DNA of 64,000 nucleotides. Origin: Candidatus Poribacteria bacterium (lineage in GTDB: Bacteria > Poribacteria > WGA-4E > WGA-3G). Made by a program: the position numbers and the translations under genes. The notes beneath the pieces were generated by a model. That model was not told the DNA's origin, did not search any database, and was given only the letters and a program-made list of their open reading frames with translations. Shown here in pieces: positions 10,293 through 20,324 of this stretch. The stretch's first letter is position 1. Each line of letters begins with the position of its first letter. Location of the stretch: the NCBI GenBank assembly GCA_965205025.1, contig CBDBFU010000002.1:192001-256000 (forward strand). Direction: 5' to 3'.

Positions 10293-10559
10293 GTAAACAT
10301 CCTCCTTCAACCCGAAACCTAATAACACCCTCAAACCAAAATCAACGGGAATACTATATTGGAATTTTCTCATCTTTCCACTGAATAAAAATGGTGGGAA
10401 TGTACTCTCTCTGCATAAAATAATACTTGACTTTTCGTTTAAAATCAAGTTAAATAGCCTGAAATTGAATATGTTGATACGGAATTCCGTGCGTGCCATT
10501 CATCTTAACTGTTCGTGTTCACTTTTATTGCTGATAATACTGGAGGTATTGGCATTCTC

Positions 10560-11507
10560 ATGAATCTTAATTGGCAACAGCATCCTTGGGCAGGTGTATT
10601 TCCGGCGACACTTTGTCCTTTCCACTCAGATGAATCGATAGATGAAGCCGGATTACGAAAGTATATGCAGGAACTTGCGGATGTAGACGGCATAAAAGGT
10701 GTTGTTTGTAATGGACATACAGGTGAGATTATGTCTCTCCGTACCGAGGAACGCCAGCGTGTAACAAGAATCACCGCTGAAGCTGTTGGTGACAAGGTGA
10801 AAGTGGTCTCAGGTGTGAGTGCTGAAGGCAGCCTACCTGCAATTGATGATGCCCTTGCGGCTAAGGAAGCAGGAGCCGATGCAATACTATTAATGCCAGC
10901 ACATCATTGGTTACGTTTCGGAAGGACACCTGAAACCGCAGTTGGATACTTTCAAGACGTTGCCGAAGGTGCAGATATTCCTATTATCGTACATCAGTAT
11001 CCTGCATGGACAAAAGCAGGATATAGTCTTGAAGAGATGTTAGAGATGGCTAAAATTCCACAAGTTGTTTGTATTAAGATGGGGACACGTGATATGGCAC
11101 GATGGCGGTGGGATTACGAACAATTGAGAGAGGCAGCCCCTCATATTCCTATTCTTACATGTCATGATGAATACCTACTTGCCTCGCTTTTAGAAGGGAG
11201 TGATGGTGCCCTTATCGGATTTGCTGGATTCGTCCCTGAATTGATGGTTGCTGTAGTCCATGCTGCCCTAAATAATGACTTAATGGGAGCAAGAAAAGCA
11301 CGGAATCAGGTTGATACATTAGCACGAATTGTATATAACTTCGGTGAACCGAGTAGTGATGCGCATCAACGTATGAAGTGTGCCAGATGGTTGATGGGTA
11401 AATTCCCATCCATGACCATGCGTCGACCTCTACGCCAATTATCATCTGACGAAATAGACAAAATACGAACTGAACTTGAGAACGTTGGCTATCAGTGTGT
11501 AAATTAG
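10560..11507 (+). CDS. Dihydrodipicolinate synthase/N-acetylneuraminate lyase family aldolase
   Basis: GVFPATLCPF, NGHTGE, GADAILLMP, Schiff-base Lys in CIKMG. Start at 10560 follows a GGAGG RBS. Confidence 0.85.
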   Translation: MNLNWQQHPWAGVFPATLCPFHSDESIDEAGLRKYMQELADVDGIKGVVCNGHTGEIMSLRTEERQRVTRITAEAVGDKVKVVSGVSAEGSLPAIDDALAAKEAGADAILLMPAHHWLRFGRTPETAVGYFQDVAEGADIPIIVHQYPAWTKAGYSLEEMLEMAKIPQVVCIKMGTRDMARWRWDYEQLREAAPHIPILTCHDEYLLASLLEGSDGALIGFAGFVPELMVAVVHAALNNDLMGARKARNQVDTLARIVYNFGEPSSDAHQRMKCARWLMGKFPSMTMRRPLRQLSSDEIDKIRTELENVGYQCVN

Positions 11508-11549
11508 ATTAAGTTAGATAAAAAAATATAAAGTGGGTTTGATAATAGA

Positions 11550-12764
11550 ATGACACCTTTAAAATATGCCCTAATCGGTCACGGACGACGAGGTTCAGCA
11601 CATTTATCAACAGCCGCTGCCCTCAAAGACACTTTCGAAATCGTTGCAGTCTGTGATGCACATCAAGAATCAGCAGAAGCAGGTGCAGAAAGAATCGGTG
11701 TTAAAGCATACACCGATGTCCGCAAACTTATTGATGAGACGTCTCCCGATGTTTGTGATGTCGTTGTGCCTGCACCACTACATCATATCGTTTCCTGTTA
11801 TCTGTCCCGTCGCGGTATATCACATAACGTTGAAACAGGACTTGCCCCGACGCTCGGTTTGATGGACTTGATGATAGCGGATGCTGCTGAAAATGGGGTC
11901 CAACTGCAAACATCAGAAAACTTTCCTTTTGTACCTGTGGAACAGTTTGTCTGCAAACTTATTCAGGAAGGTGTAATTGGCACTGTCCATAAATGCTATA
12001 GACTTTTTTCTACAACAGGTTATCATGGTCTTGCAGCAATTCGGTGTCGTATGAACGCTGCCCCCACATCAGTAAGTAGCATCGGACATTCAATGCCTGT
12101 TATGCCTTATGTTGACAGAGCAAAACGCGATTTCAATCGGGAAGGTCTTGAATTTTACGCTGTTGATTTTGACAATGGCGGACTTGGTATAGCGATGGTA
12201 GGCAACAAAAACGGATGTCTCGGACGGAACAAACTTGTCGGTTTTGAGACATGCGGTGAACGCGGCACAATTATCACAAACGGCAACCAAGGAGCATCTG
12301 GTGGTGAAACTGTCAACGTTTGCACAGATGAAGATATTAACCAGAACGCAGGAAGAGCGCAAACCTACGAATTTCAGAGAGAGTCCGGTGAGGATAAAGT
12401 CTTGCAGCGCATTTATGTTGAACTCCCTGAATCTCTTGGTGGCACAGTTGAATGGTTGAATCCTTACAGGCATACCAAAATCTCAGAGGGTGGCATTTCA
12501 CTTGCAACCATGCTTGACGGTATAGCACGTGCTGTTCGTGAAGACACAGAACCGCTCTGGACAGGAGAGATGGGTAGGGCAGACCAGGAGATGGTGATCG
12601 CCGCACGCCGTTCTGTCCAATCAAATCGCCAACCGATTCAACTCCCGTTGCAACCTGATCCAGACGAAGAAGCTGCGTTTGACAAAAATTTTGAGGAACA
12701 ATTCGGGGTCCATCCCCGTGAAGATATTGAAAAAGCATTAGAAGTGAATTTTAAAGCACGCTAA
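11550..12764 (+). CDS. Gfo/Idh/MocA family oxidoreductase
   Basis: Rossmann LIGHGRRG, VAVCD; atypical VETGLA in place of EKP. Confidence 0.8.
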   Translation: MTPLKYALIGHGRRGSAHLSTAAALKDTFEIVAVCDAHQESAEAGAERIGVKAYTDVRKLIDETSPDVCDVVVPAPLHHIVSCYLSRRGISHNVETGLAPTLGLMDLMIADAAENGVQLQTSENFPFVPVEQFVCKLIQEGVIGTVHKCYRLFSTTGYHGLAAIRCRMNAAPTSVSSIGHSMPVMPYVDRAKRDFNREGLEFYAVDFDNGGLGIAMVGNKNGCLGRNKLVGFETCGERGTIITNGNQGASGGETVNVCTDEDINQNAGRAQTYEFQRESGEDKVLQRIYVELPESLGGTVEWLNPYRHTKISEGGISLATMLDGIARAVREDTEPLWTGEMGRADQEMVIAARRSVQSNRQPIQLPLQPDPDEEAAFDKNFEEQFGVHPREDIEKALEVNFKAR

Positions 12765-12887
12765 TCAATGTATAAATCACCAGTTGCAGCCTTCAAATTA
12801 TGAAAGTCAATTCCACATTAGACTCTTTGTAGGGGGGATTCCGATCCCCGATTCTTATTAATCTTGGTAGTTGAGAATGTATAATTA

Positions 12888-13114
12888 TACCATTTCTATA
12901 AATTATTGTCTCATTAGGCGGTTATTATGGTAGTCATTTTCAGGTCACAAACTGAATGAAGATTAATTTACTAATTCGGTAACTTTCCTGTAAAGTCCGG
13001 TACGGTTAGGAAACCGCACCTACCGGGTTTGGGAAAGTAGAATTACCGAAATATTTACTTAATCCTCATAAAGTTTGTGGTACAAAAAAGAGACATTTTC
13101 AATTAGAAATGGTA
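12888..13114. mobile_element. MITE family A carrying nested element B (12956-13069)
   Basis: TIRs TACCATTTCT/AGAAATGGTA flanked by TTA on both sides. Internal CACAAACT/AGTTTGTG hairpin split by element B. Confidence 0.8.
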
Positions 13115-13151
13115 TTATCTTCAAATTTAACCATAAACAGAAAGAGAAAAT

Positions 13152-14123
13152 ATGAAAGAAATAAAAATTGGTTTTATCGGATCGGGTGGCAATGCAAATG
13201 GTCACATGAATCGGTTATCTGAAATGGAAGGCGCGAATGTCGTTGCAATATGTGATATTGTACCACAAAAAGCACAAAATGCATCTGAAAAACACAACGC
13301 GGATCCATATACCGAACACCGCGCAATGTTGGAACGGGATGATCTTGACGCTATTTATCTAAGTCTCCCCGTTTTTGCACACGGTCAACCTGAGTTAGAC
13401 GTGATTGAACGAGGGTTACCATTCTTCGTTGAGAAACCGGTAGCGATCAATATGGACATCGCTCGTGAAGTTGAAGCTGCAGTAACAAAAGCAGGACTGA
13501 TCACTTGTGTAGGTTATCAACTCCGTTATCTCGGTTCAACACGGTTAACACAGGAAATCCTTGCAGGAAAGACAATTAATATGGTTGTCGGCAAGTATTG
13601 GTGCGGGAGCGGACGTGGCAATCCCGAAGGGTGGCTACGTCAGTGGAACAAATCTGGTGGACAATTAGTTGAACAAGCAACACACACAATTGACATGATG
13701 CGGAACCTCATTGGTGAAGTTGAATCGGTCTACTGCATGCAAGCAAATCGGTTTCTGGAACAGATTGATTGCCCAGATAGCAATAGCGTAACGCTCCAAT
13801 TTTCCGATGGCGTTGTCGGTTCAATGACAGCCGCATGGGCGTATGCAGGCGGTTGGAACAATGCAAATGTTTTAGATATCCTATACGAAGGCGAGTTGTT
13901 GAATTGGAATCCAGCAAGAGTCTCTGTGCAGGAAAATGGTGAATGGGTAGATAAAAACAAACCCGGTCCCACCATTGACGAAGTTTTTGTAAACGCTGTC
14001 CGTAGCGGTGATGCGTCCCAGATTTTGAGTCCATATACAGATGCGGTTAAGACGCTTGAAATATCACTCGCAGCAAATCTCTCAGCACAAGAGAATAGAC
14101 TTGTGGAGATTTCTTCACTATAA
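13152..14123 (+). CDS. Gfo/Idh/MocA family oxidoreductase
   Basis: IGSGGNA, FVEKPVA, VGYQLRY, SGGQLVEQATHTID. Confidence 0.9.
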   Translation: MKEIKIGFIGSGGNANGHMNRLSEMEGANVVAICDIVPQKAQNASEKHNADPYTEHRAMLERDDLDAIYLSLPVFAHGQPELDVIERGLPFFVEKPVAINMDIAREVEAAVTKAGLITCVGYQLRYLGSTRLTQEILAGKTINMVVGKYWCGSGRGNPEGWLRQWNKSGGQLVEQATHTIDMMRNLIGEVESVYCMQANRFLEQIDCPDSNSVTLQFSDGVVGSMTAAWAYAGGWNNANVLDILYEGELLNWNPARVSVQENGEWVDKNKPGPTIDEVFVNAVRSGDASQILSPYTDAVKTLEISLAANLSAQENRLVEISSL

Positions 14124-14133
14124 GGTGAGAATT

Positions 14134-15117
14134 ATGGCAACAAAATATCGCGTGGCAATAGTCGGATGTGGTGGTATCTCAAACGCACATGGCAACGCGT
14201 GGCGTAATGTACCAGAAATCGAAATTGTTGGTGCATGCGATGAGAAATTTGATGCATTATCACGTTTTGCTACTGAATATAACGTGGAGAACACCTATAA
14301 CGACCTGCGACAAATGCTGGAAAAGCAAAACCCTGATATCCTTGTAATTGCTACATGGCCCTCAAGTCATCTCAAAAATGTCCTTGAGGCAGTACGATCT
14401 GGAGTTAAGGGTATCCTCGTTGAAAAGCCGATTACAGTCAACACATCCCAACTTGAACAGATGATTCAGGTTACAGAAAATGCCAACACCCTCTTGATGG
14501 AAGCATTTATGTACCGACACCATCCACTTACATTGGCAGTAAAAGAGAAAATAGAGGAAGGGGTAATCGGCGATGTCAGGTATGCACGTTCCACTTTTTC
14601 CACGGGACTCACGGATCGAACAAATTGGCGACTAAGAGGTGATCTCGGTGGTGGTGCAGTCATGGATTTAGGATGCTACTGCATCAACATCATTCGCTAT
14701 GTTATTGGACAAGAACCACAATCCGCCTGGGCAACTGGCAAATATGAACCGATTAACAATGTCTGGGAAACACTCATCGGAACTTTAGATTTTGGGGATG
14801 GTATTACAGGTCAGTTTGACTGTAGTTTCGGATGGACATGGCGTGAGAATTATGAAGTTACGGGTACCAAAGGAACTATTTTTGTTGGGAGTGCCTGGGG
14901 AAACAGTGAAGGGGAATCACAATTCACTGTAAATGGAGAAACTGTCACCGTATCCGGTGTAAATCCTTACTCGGCAGAGATCCTAAACCTCTGTGAAGCA
15001 GTAGAAAATGGTACACCTCTCCGACTACCAATATCAGATTCATTAGCCAATATGCGGGTTATTGACGCATTACACGAATCCGCTCATACCGGACAACGAA
15101 TTCAGATTCCCTCTTAG
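14134..15117 (+). CDS. Gfo/Idh/MocA family oxidoreductase
   Basis: VGCGGIS, LVEKP, MEAFMYRHHP, GGGAVMDLGCY. Start moved to the ATG at 14134. Confidence 0.9.
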   Translation: MATKYRVAIVGCGGISNAHGNAWRNVPEIEIVGACDEKFDALSRFATEYNVENTYNDLRQMLEKQNPDILVIATWPSSHLKNVLEAVRSGVKGILVEKPITVNTSQLEQMIQVTENANTLLMEAFMYRHHPLTLAVKEKIEEGVIGDVRYARSTFSTGLTDRTNWRLRGDLGGGAVMDLGCYCINIIRYVIGQEPQSAWATGKYEPINNVWETLIGTLDFGDGITGQFDCSFGWTWRENYEVTGTKGTIFVGSAWGNSEGESQFTVNGETVTVSGVNPYSAEILNLCEAVENGTPLRLPISDSLANMRVIDALHESAHTGQRIQIPS

Positions 15118-15128
15118 ATTAGGAATTC

Positions 15129-15223
15129 TATAAACATTTCGTCCCTATCAAATCAAGAAATCAAGAAATCAAGGAATCAAGGAATCAACGGTATGAATGA
15201 CATTTAGGCATTCCCCGGGACTC
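15129..15223. repeat. REP-like hairpin F interrupted by element C with a 5x AATCAA(G/C)(A/G) tail
   Basis: TATAAACATTTCGTCCCTA-[68 bp insert]-CGGGACTC, versus intact TATAGACATTCCGTCCCTACGGGACTC at ~30907 and ~30957. Confidence 0.75.
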
Positions 15224-15449
15224 ATAAATATGTATATGATAATCCTTGTATCGCGTAAAGTCATAATGTAAATGGTATTACTTTGAACTCACCTTCAATT
15301 CCGTAAACATTTTACGATTCTATAGAAAAGGTTGAAGAAACCGATTACTAACTGTATAATATTAAAAACGCACAATATCAATACATACACTGTCATAATA
15401 TAAAACATCTCAATTCATAGTATCCGTTTATCAAAGGTAAAACACACTT

Positions 15450-17774
15450 ATGTTTGAAAAACTTATGAAGTACCCGATAGATGTCTTTCGGGAAGGTGAT
15501 TTCTCGTTTGGCGTTCCAATACCGGGGCTTCTTATTTTTGTTCTGATGGTTGGTCTTGTTGCAGCAACCATCTGGGCATATCGGAGTACCAAGGGTAGAA
15601 CAGGTCGTTTTTTTCATGGATTTCTAATTGTTCTCCGTACACTTGTATTGTGTTTCCTCGCCTTCTGTCTCCTCAAACCTTTTCTTACAATTTACCAAAA
15701 CAACCCCGATGATTCGTACTTGTTGGTCATGGTAGACCGTTCCAAGAGTATGCAGATTACCGATTCTGAAGACGGTACATCACGATTAGACCAAGCGAAC
15801 CGATTACTATTCGGCGAAAATCCTGAGGAAGGTAGGGGTCTTATTGACAAGTTAAACACAAATCAATTTAAAACACGACTCTTCTCATTTGATGCAGATA
15901 CGAAACGTATACCAAACGACGTTCTAACAGATGCAGAGGGAGAAAATACAAACATTCCTAATGCAGTAACTGAAGCATTAGAGGATATGCAGGGTGTACC
16001 GTTATCCGGTATCGTCCTCTTTACTGATGGTGTAGACCGGAGTGGTATAGATATTCAAAAACCTGCCATGCAAGCAAGGGAAAGAAAAGTACCAATTCAT
16101 ACTGTTGGCATCGGGTCTGAAACAGGTGTCGCTGATATCGAATTAGTCAAAGTAGATGTTCCTCGTACCGCAGAAGAAGATTTTCCAGTTGAAATATCTG
16201 CAACAGTGAGACGTACAGATAACACACAGAAAAAAGCCACACTCCAACTCATTGAAAATGGTCGAGTTCTAAAAACACTGCCAATCACACTAAACAACGA
16301 GACTGTCCGAATACCGCTAAAATTCACACCTCGCCAACCAGGAACACAAAAATATGAAGTTCATGTTCTGCCTGAAGTAGATGAAGCAATCCCACAAAAC
16401 AACACCAAAACCTTCATATTAAAAGTAACACCCACAAAACGGGTAAAGATCCTCTTTGTCTCCAGACCATATTGGGGATTTAAATTCATTAAACGCGCAT
16501 TACAAGATGATCCCAATATCGTTCTAACGGATCGTTATATAACGAGTGAACAAAGCTTCGGTGGTACTCAAGGTGGTGCTGATGAAAAGTTCGATTTCTA
16601 TCCTGAGTCCAAGGAAATTCTCTTCAACTTTGATGCAATCATATTCGGGAATATAGATGCTTCCAATTTCACGCAAACTCAACTTGAAAATACTGTGGAA
16701 TTCGTCCGTACACGGGGCGGAGGCTTTTTAATGTTAGGTGGCACTCAATCTTTAGGTAACTCTGATATCGCGAAATCATATTTAAATACACCAATTGCAG
16801 AATTATTACCTGTTGAGTTAGAATTAGGAGATCCACCAGAAAAGGTACCATTAAACCTTGCACCTTCTGAAGTGCCTACCCCTAAGATGTTTAAGTTCAA
16901 ATTGACCACCGAAGGGAAAACTGATCCATTAATGGAATTGGTAGATAACACCACCGAGAACTTACAACGATGGCAAAAAATGCCTGAACTGTACGGTTAT
17001 AGTAAAGTCAAACGTGCAAAAGCGGGGGCAACTATTCTTGCCGAACACCCGACAGATAAAAATGAATTTGGCAACCGTATTCTTATGGCAACCCATAATT
17101 ACAATGCCGGACGGGTTATGGTTTTCACTCCTAACGACTCATATAGATGGCAAACAGGCTTAGACAGTAAAGATGATAGTAATGAGCGTTTTTGGCGACA
17201 GGTTGCAAAATGGTTAACAACCGCCCCGCAATCCTCTATTAAACTGGATATACCCAAGACTGAATATACATTAAAGGAACCTGTTGTCATTGAAGTTACA
17301 GCTATGGATAAGAATTTTGCTTTAACCAATAAAGCGAAAATACGTGCTATTGTTGTTGACGAAACTGGCACTCGGAAAGAACTTACACTTGAGCAAGTTT
17401 TAGGTAAAGACGGACTATATACTGCACGATTCATACCTAACAGAAATGGAGATTATACGGTGACAGCAACTGGAACTCTTGCTGGAGAAGACCTTGGAAA
17501 ACAGCAAGCATTGTTTGAGGTGAAACCGTCTTTTGCTGAGTTTAGTGATGCAGCACTTAATATGCCACTGCTATCAAACATTGCTAGTATGACTGGTGGG
17601 AAATACTATTCTATTGAAGAAGCACCTCAATTAGTAAATCAAATCTCTCTTGTAGAGAGTGCCACTTCGGAGATAACGGATGTGGATATTTGGGATTTAC
17701 CGTTAATTTTTGGTCTAATTCTTCTTTTCCTCGGTCTGGAATGGTTTTTACGTAAACGGGGTGGTTTAGTATAA
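15450..17774 (+). CDS. Membrane protein with vWA and glutamine-amidotransferase-like domains (MoxR-associated type)
   Basis: N-terminal TMs, MIDAS DRSKSM...LFTDG, Ig-like region, FVRTRGGGFLMLGG, RFWRQVAKWL, C-terminal LEWFLRKRGGL. Confidence 0.8.
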   Translation: MFEKLMKYPIDVFREGDFSFGVPIPGLLIFVLMVGLVAATIWAYRSTKGRTGRFFHGFLIVLRTLVLCFLAFCLLKPFLTIYQNNPDDSYLLVMVDRSKSMQITDSEDGTSRLDQANRLLFGENPEEGRGLIDKLNTNQFKTRLFSFDADTKRIPNDVLTDAEGENTNIPNAVTEALEDMQGVPLSGIVLFTDGVDRSGIDIQKPAMQARERKVPIHTVGIGSETGVADIELVKVDVPRTAEEDFPVEISATVRRTDNTQKKATLQLIENGRVLKTLPITLNNETVRIPLKFTPRQPGTQKYEVHVLPEVDEAIPQNNTKTFILKVTPTKRVKILFVSRPYWGFKFIKRALQDDPNIVLTDRYITSEQSFGGTQGGADEKFDFYPESKEILFNFDAIIFGNIDASNFTQTQLENTVEFVRTRGGGFLMLGGTQSLGNSDIAKSYLNTPIAELLPVELELGDPPEKVPLNLAPSEVPTPKMFKFKLTTEGKTDPLMELVDNTTENLQRWQKMPELYGYSKVKRAKAGATILAEHPTDKNEFGNRILMATHNYNAGRVMVFTPNDSYRWQTGLDSKDDSNERFWRQVAKWLTTAPQSSIKLDIPKTEYTLKEPVVIEVTAMDKNFALTNKAKIRAIVVDETGTRKELTLEQVLGKDGLYTARFIPNRNGDYTVTATGTLAGEDLGKQQALFEVKPSFAEFSDAALNMPLLSNIASMTGGKYYSIEEAPQLVNQISLVESATSEITDVDIWDLPLIFGLILLFLGLEWFLRKRGGLV

Positions 17775-17880
17775 ATCCTCCCATGGTTGTGGAAGCAAAA
17801 TCTAAGGAAGTAAACACGATTTTTCTTACATTGAATTCACGTAATTCTTACCAATATGAGTCAATTATTGAGAACAATTT

Positions 17881-19242
17881 ATGAATAATTCCTACAAAAG
17901 TGTTATGTTTGTGATTGCGGACGATTGGAGCCGTATTGCCAAGTGTTATGGTAATGAAGTGATCCGAACACCTAATATTGATGCTTTTGCCGAACAGGGT
18001 GTCGTTTTTGATTTCGGATTTTGCACAAGTCCTTCCTGTGCTGTAAGTCGAGCTTGTATTCTCACGGGACAACATAGCCACACCCACGGTCAATACGGAC
18101 ATTGTCATGGGATTCATGGATTTCGAACACATGAAAACATGCAGTCAGTCCCAAAGATTCTAAAAGCACACGGTTTTGTGACGGCATGTATCGGAAAAAA
18201 ACATGTCGAACCAAAAAGCGTTTATCCATTCGATTATGAGCCGAAGGTCGATGCTCGAAGTCCTGTGGATGTAGCTGATAAAATAGGAGACTTCCTTCAA
18301 CAGAACGTCGATACACCTTTCTATCTTCATATTGGATCCAGTTATCCACATCGTGCTGGAAAAGGATTCGGAAATGATCGACAACACGCTGGAATTGAAA
18401 CCAACCCTTACTCTCCTGAAGAAATAATCGTCCCCAATTTCCTACCAGATGTTCCTGCAGTGCGCGAAGATCTGGCTGACTATTATGAGAGTGTGTCCCG
18501 ATGGGATGCTGTAGTCGGTGCTGCTTTAGATGCGCTTGACGCGTCCGGACGGGCAGACGAAACGCTCGTGTTTGTTACAACAGACCATGCAATGCCATTC
18601 CCTGGGGCAAAAGCTTCCAGTTTCGACAGCGGACACCACTGTCCTTTACTAATTGCCAGTCCAACGCAAAAACATCGCGGACATCATAATCAAGCCCTTG
18701 TCAACTGGGTTGATTTCTGTCCAACCATGTTAGAATGGTGTGGTGTCTCCCATCCTGATGGAGACGATGCACTACCGGGTAGATCACTACTCCCAATACT
18801 TGAAGACGATAGTCCACATCCGGGTAATGGACAATGGGAAGAAACCTACTACTCCCATTGCTTCCATGAGGTTACAAACTACTATCCATACCGGGTCTTA
18901 CGTGGACGGAAGTATAAGTACGTACGCAATCTTGCATATCAATTAGAAACACCACTACCGAGTGATCTGTTCAGGTCTATTTCATGGACTGCTGTCAGAG
19001 ATGATAACCTTCAGAAACTCGGTGAACGTGAACGTGAAAATTTCGTACATCAAAGCCGCGAGGCGTTGTATGATATGGAAAATGATCCGGCAGAATCGAA
19101 CAACCTAATTGATAATCCTGAATTGCAGGATACTATCAACGATATGCGGCGGAAAGTAATTGAATTTAGACAGAAAACTAAAGATCCTTGGCTTGAACAA
19201 TCCTTTCAAGAAGGTGAAACACAACCCTTCTTCCCTAAATAA
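17881..19242 (+). CDS. Formylglycine sulfatase, N-sulfoglucosamine sulfohydrolase-like
   Basis: IADD, TPNID, CAVSRACILTG, GKKHV, PHR, TDHAMPFPGAK, LYDMENDPAE. Confidence 0.9.
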   Translation: MNNSYKSVMFVIADDWSRIAKCYGNEVIRTPNIDAFAEQGVVFDFGFCTSPSCAVSRACILTGQHSHTHGQYGHCHGIHGFRTHENMQSVPKILKAHGFVTACIGKKHVEPKSVYPFDYEPKVDARSPVDVADKIGDFLQQNVDTPFYLHIGSSYPHRAGKGFGNDRQHAGIETNPYSPEEIIVPNFLPDVPAVREDLADYYESVSRWDAVVGAALDALDASGRADETLVFVTTDHAMPFPGAKASSFDSGHHCPLLIASPTQKHRGHHNQALVNWVDFCPTMLEWCGVSHPDGDDALPGRSLLPILEDDSPHPGNGQWEETYYSHCFHEVTNYYPYRVLRGRKYKYVRNLAYQLETPLPSDLFRSISWTAVRDDNLQKLGERERENFVHQSREALYDMENDPAESNNLIDNPELQDTINDMRRKVIEFRQKTKDPWLEQSFQEGETQPFFPK

Positions 19243-19304
19243 CAATGCATTCAATTTTGACTTCAAGAAATTGATGTCTTCATCCTCTGACTCCCACTAA
19301 TATA

Positions 19305-20297
19305 ATGCAAAACTACGATTTAGATGCGATGAACACCCGTATTGAAGCAGATAGCGTTCTGGTACAGAATATACTGACCGAGGCGGGTAAAATCATCGTT
19401 GGACAACGTACATTACTTGAACGGTTAATTATAGGATTGCTCTGTAATGGACATATACTTCTTGAAGGAGTTCCCGGATTAGCAAAAACGACAGCTATTG
19501 CAGCGCTGGCAAAAACCATTGATGCCTCTTTCAAACGACTCCAGTTTACACCCGATCTACTCCCTGCTGATCTTGTCGGTACGCAAATATATGACCAACA
19601 GCAAGGTGAGTTCTATACGAAAAAGGGTCCCATTTTCGCAAATGTTGTTCTGGCAGATGAAATAAACCGCGCCCCTGCAAAAGTACAAAGCGCACTACTT
19701 GAAGCAATGCAGGAACGACAGGTCACAATTGGTGGTGAAACCTATCCACTTGATGATCCATTCATCGTTTTAGCAACACAAAATCCAATTGAACAAGAAG
19801 GCACTTATCCTTTACCGGAAGCACAAGTAGACAGATTTATGTTGAAGGTTAAGGTGAACTACCCATCACACTCAGAGGAGTTACAAATTCTCCGAAGAAT
19901 GACAACTGAAGTGATTGATGATATACAGGAGGTAGTTACCGGGGAAGATATCATAAGATTTCGAGAACTCACACGCAATATCTATATGGCAGAACAGTTA
20001 GAAACCTATATCGTAGATCTTATATGTGCAACCCGTGCACCAGAAGCATACCAATTAGATGAATTAAGTCCTCTTATTGAATACGGTGCCTCACCAAGGG
20101 CAACTATCTTTCTTGCACTTGCATCCAGGGCACAGGCTTTCCTATCACAACGCGGTTATGTCACACCTGAAGATATTCATGAAGTTGGAATGGATGTGTT
20201 AAGGCACCGTGTAATTCTAAGTTACGAAGCTGAAGCCGAAGGCATTGATACTGAAAACATTATCACACAACTGTTTTCAAAGATTGAAGTGCCTTAA
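19305..20297 (+). CDS. MoxR family AAA+ ATPase
   Basis: GVPGLAKT, RLQFTPDLLPAD, DEINRAPAKVQSALLEAM, ATQNPIEQEGTYPLPEAQVDRF. Confidence 0.95.
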   Translation: MQNYDLDAMNTRIEADSVLVQNILTEAGKIIVGQRTLLERLIIGLLCNGHILLEGVPGLAKTTAIAALAKTIDASFKRLQFTPDLLPADLVGTQIYDQQQGEFYTKKGPIFANVVLADEINRAPAKVQSALLEAMQERQVTIGGETYPLDDPFIVLATQNPIEQEGTYPLPEAQVDRFMLKVKVNYPSHSEELQILRRMTTEVIDDIQEVVTGEDIIRFRELTRNIYMAEQLETYIVDLICATRAPEAYQLDELSPLIEYGASPRATIFLALASRAQAFLSQRGYVTPEDIHEVGMDVLRHRVILSYEAEAEGIDTENIITQLFSKIEVP

Positions 20298-20324
20298 TTC
20301 GGGAAATAATATTTCCAAATATAT

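Noticed and set aside
9861-10559. Longer ORF-track starts for ccmE and the aldolase (likewise ccmH, hpt, cytochrome c, His-rich protein, protease-TPR)
   Set aside because: The extensions lack homology-like features or overlap neighbours; downstream ATGs, most with a clear RBS, fit better.
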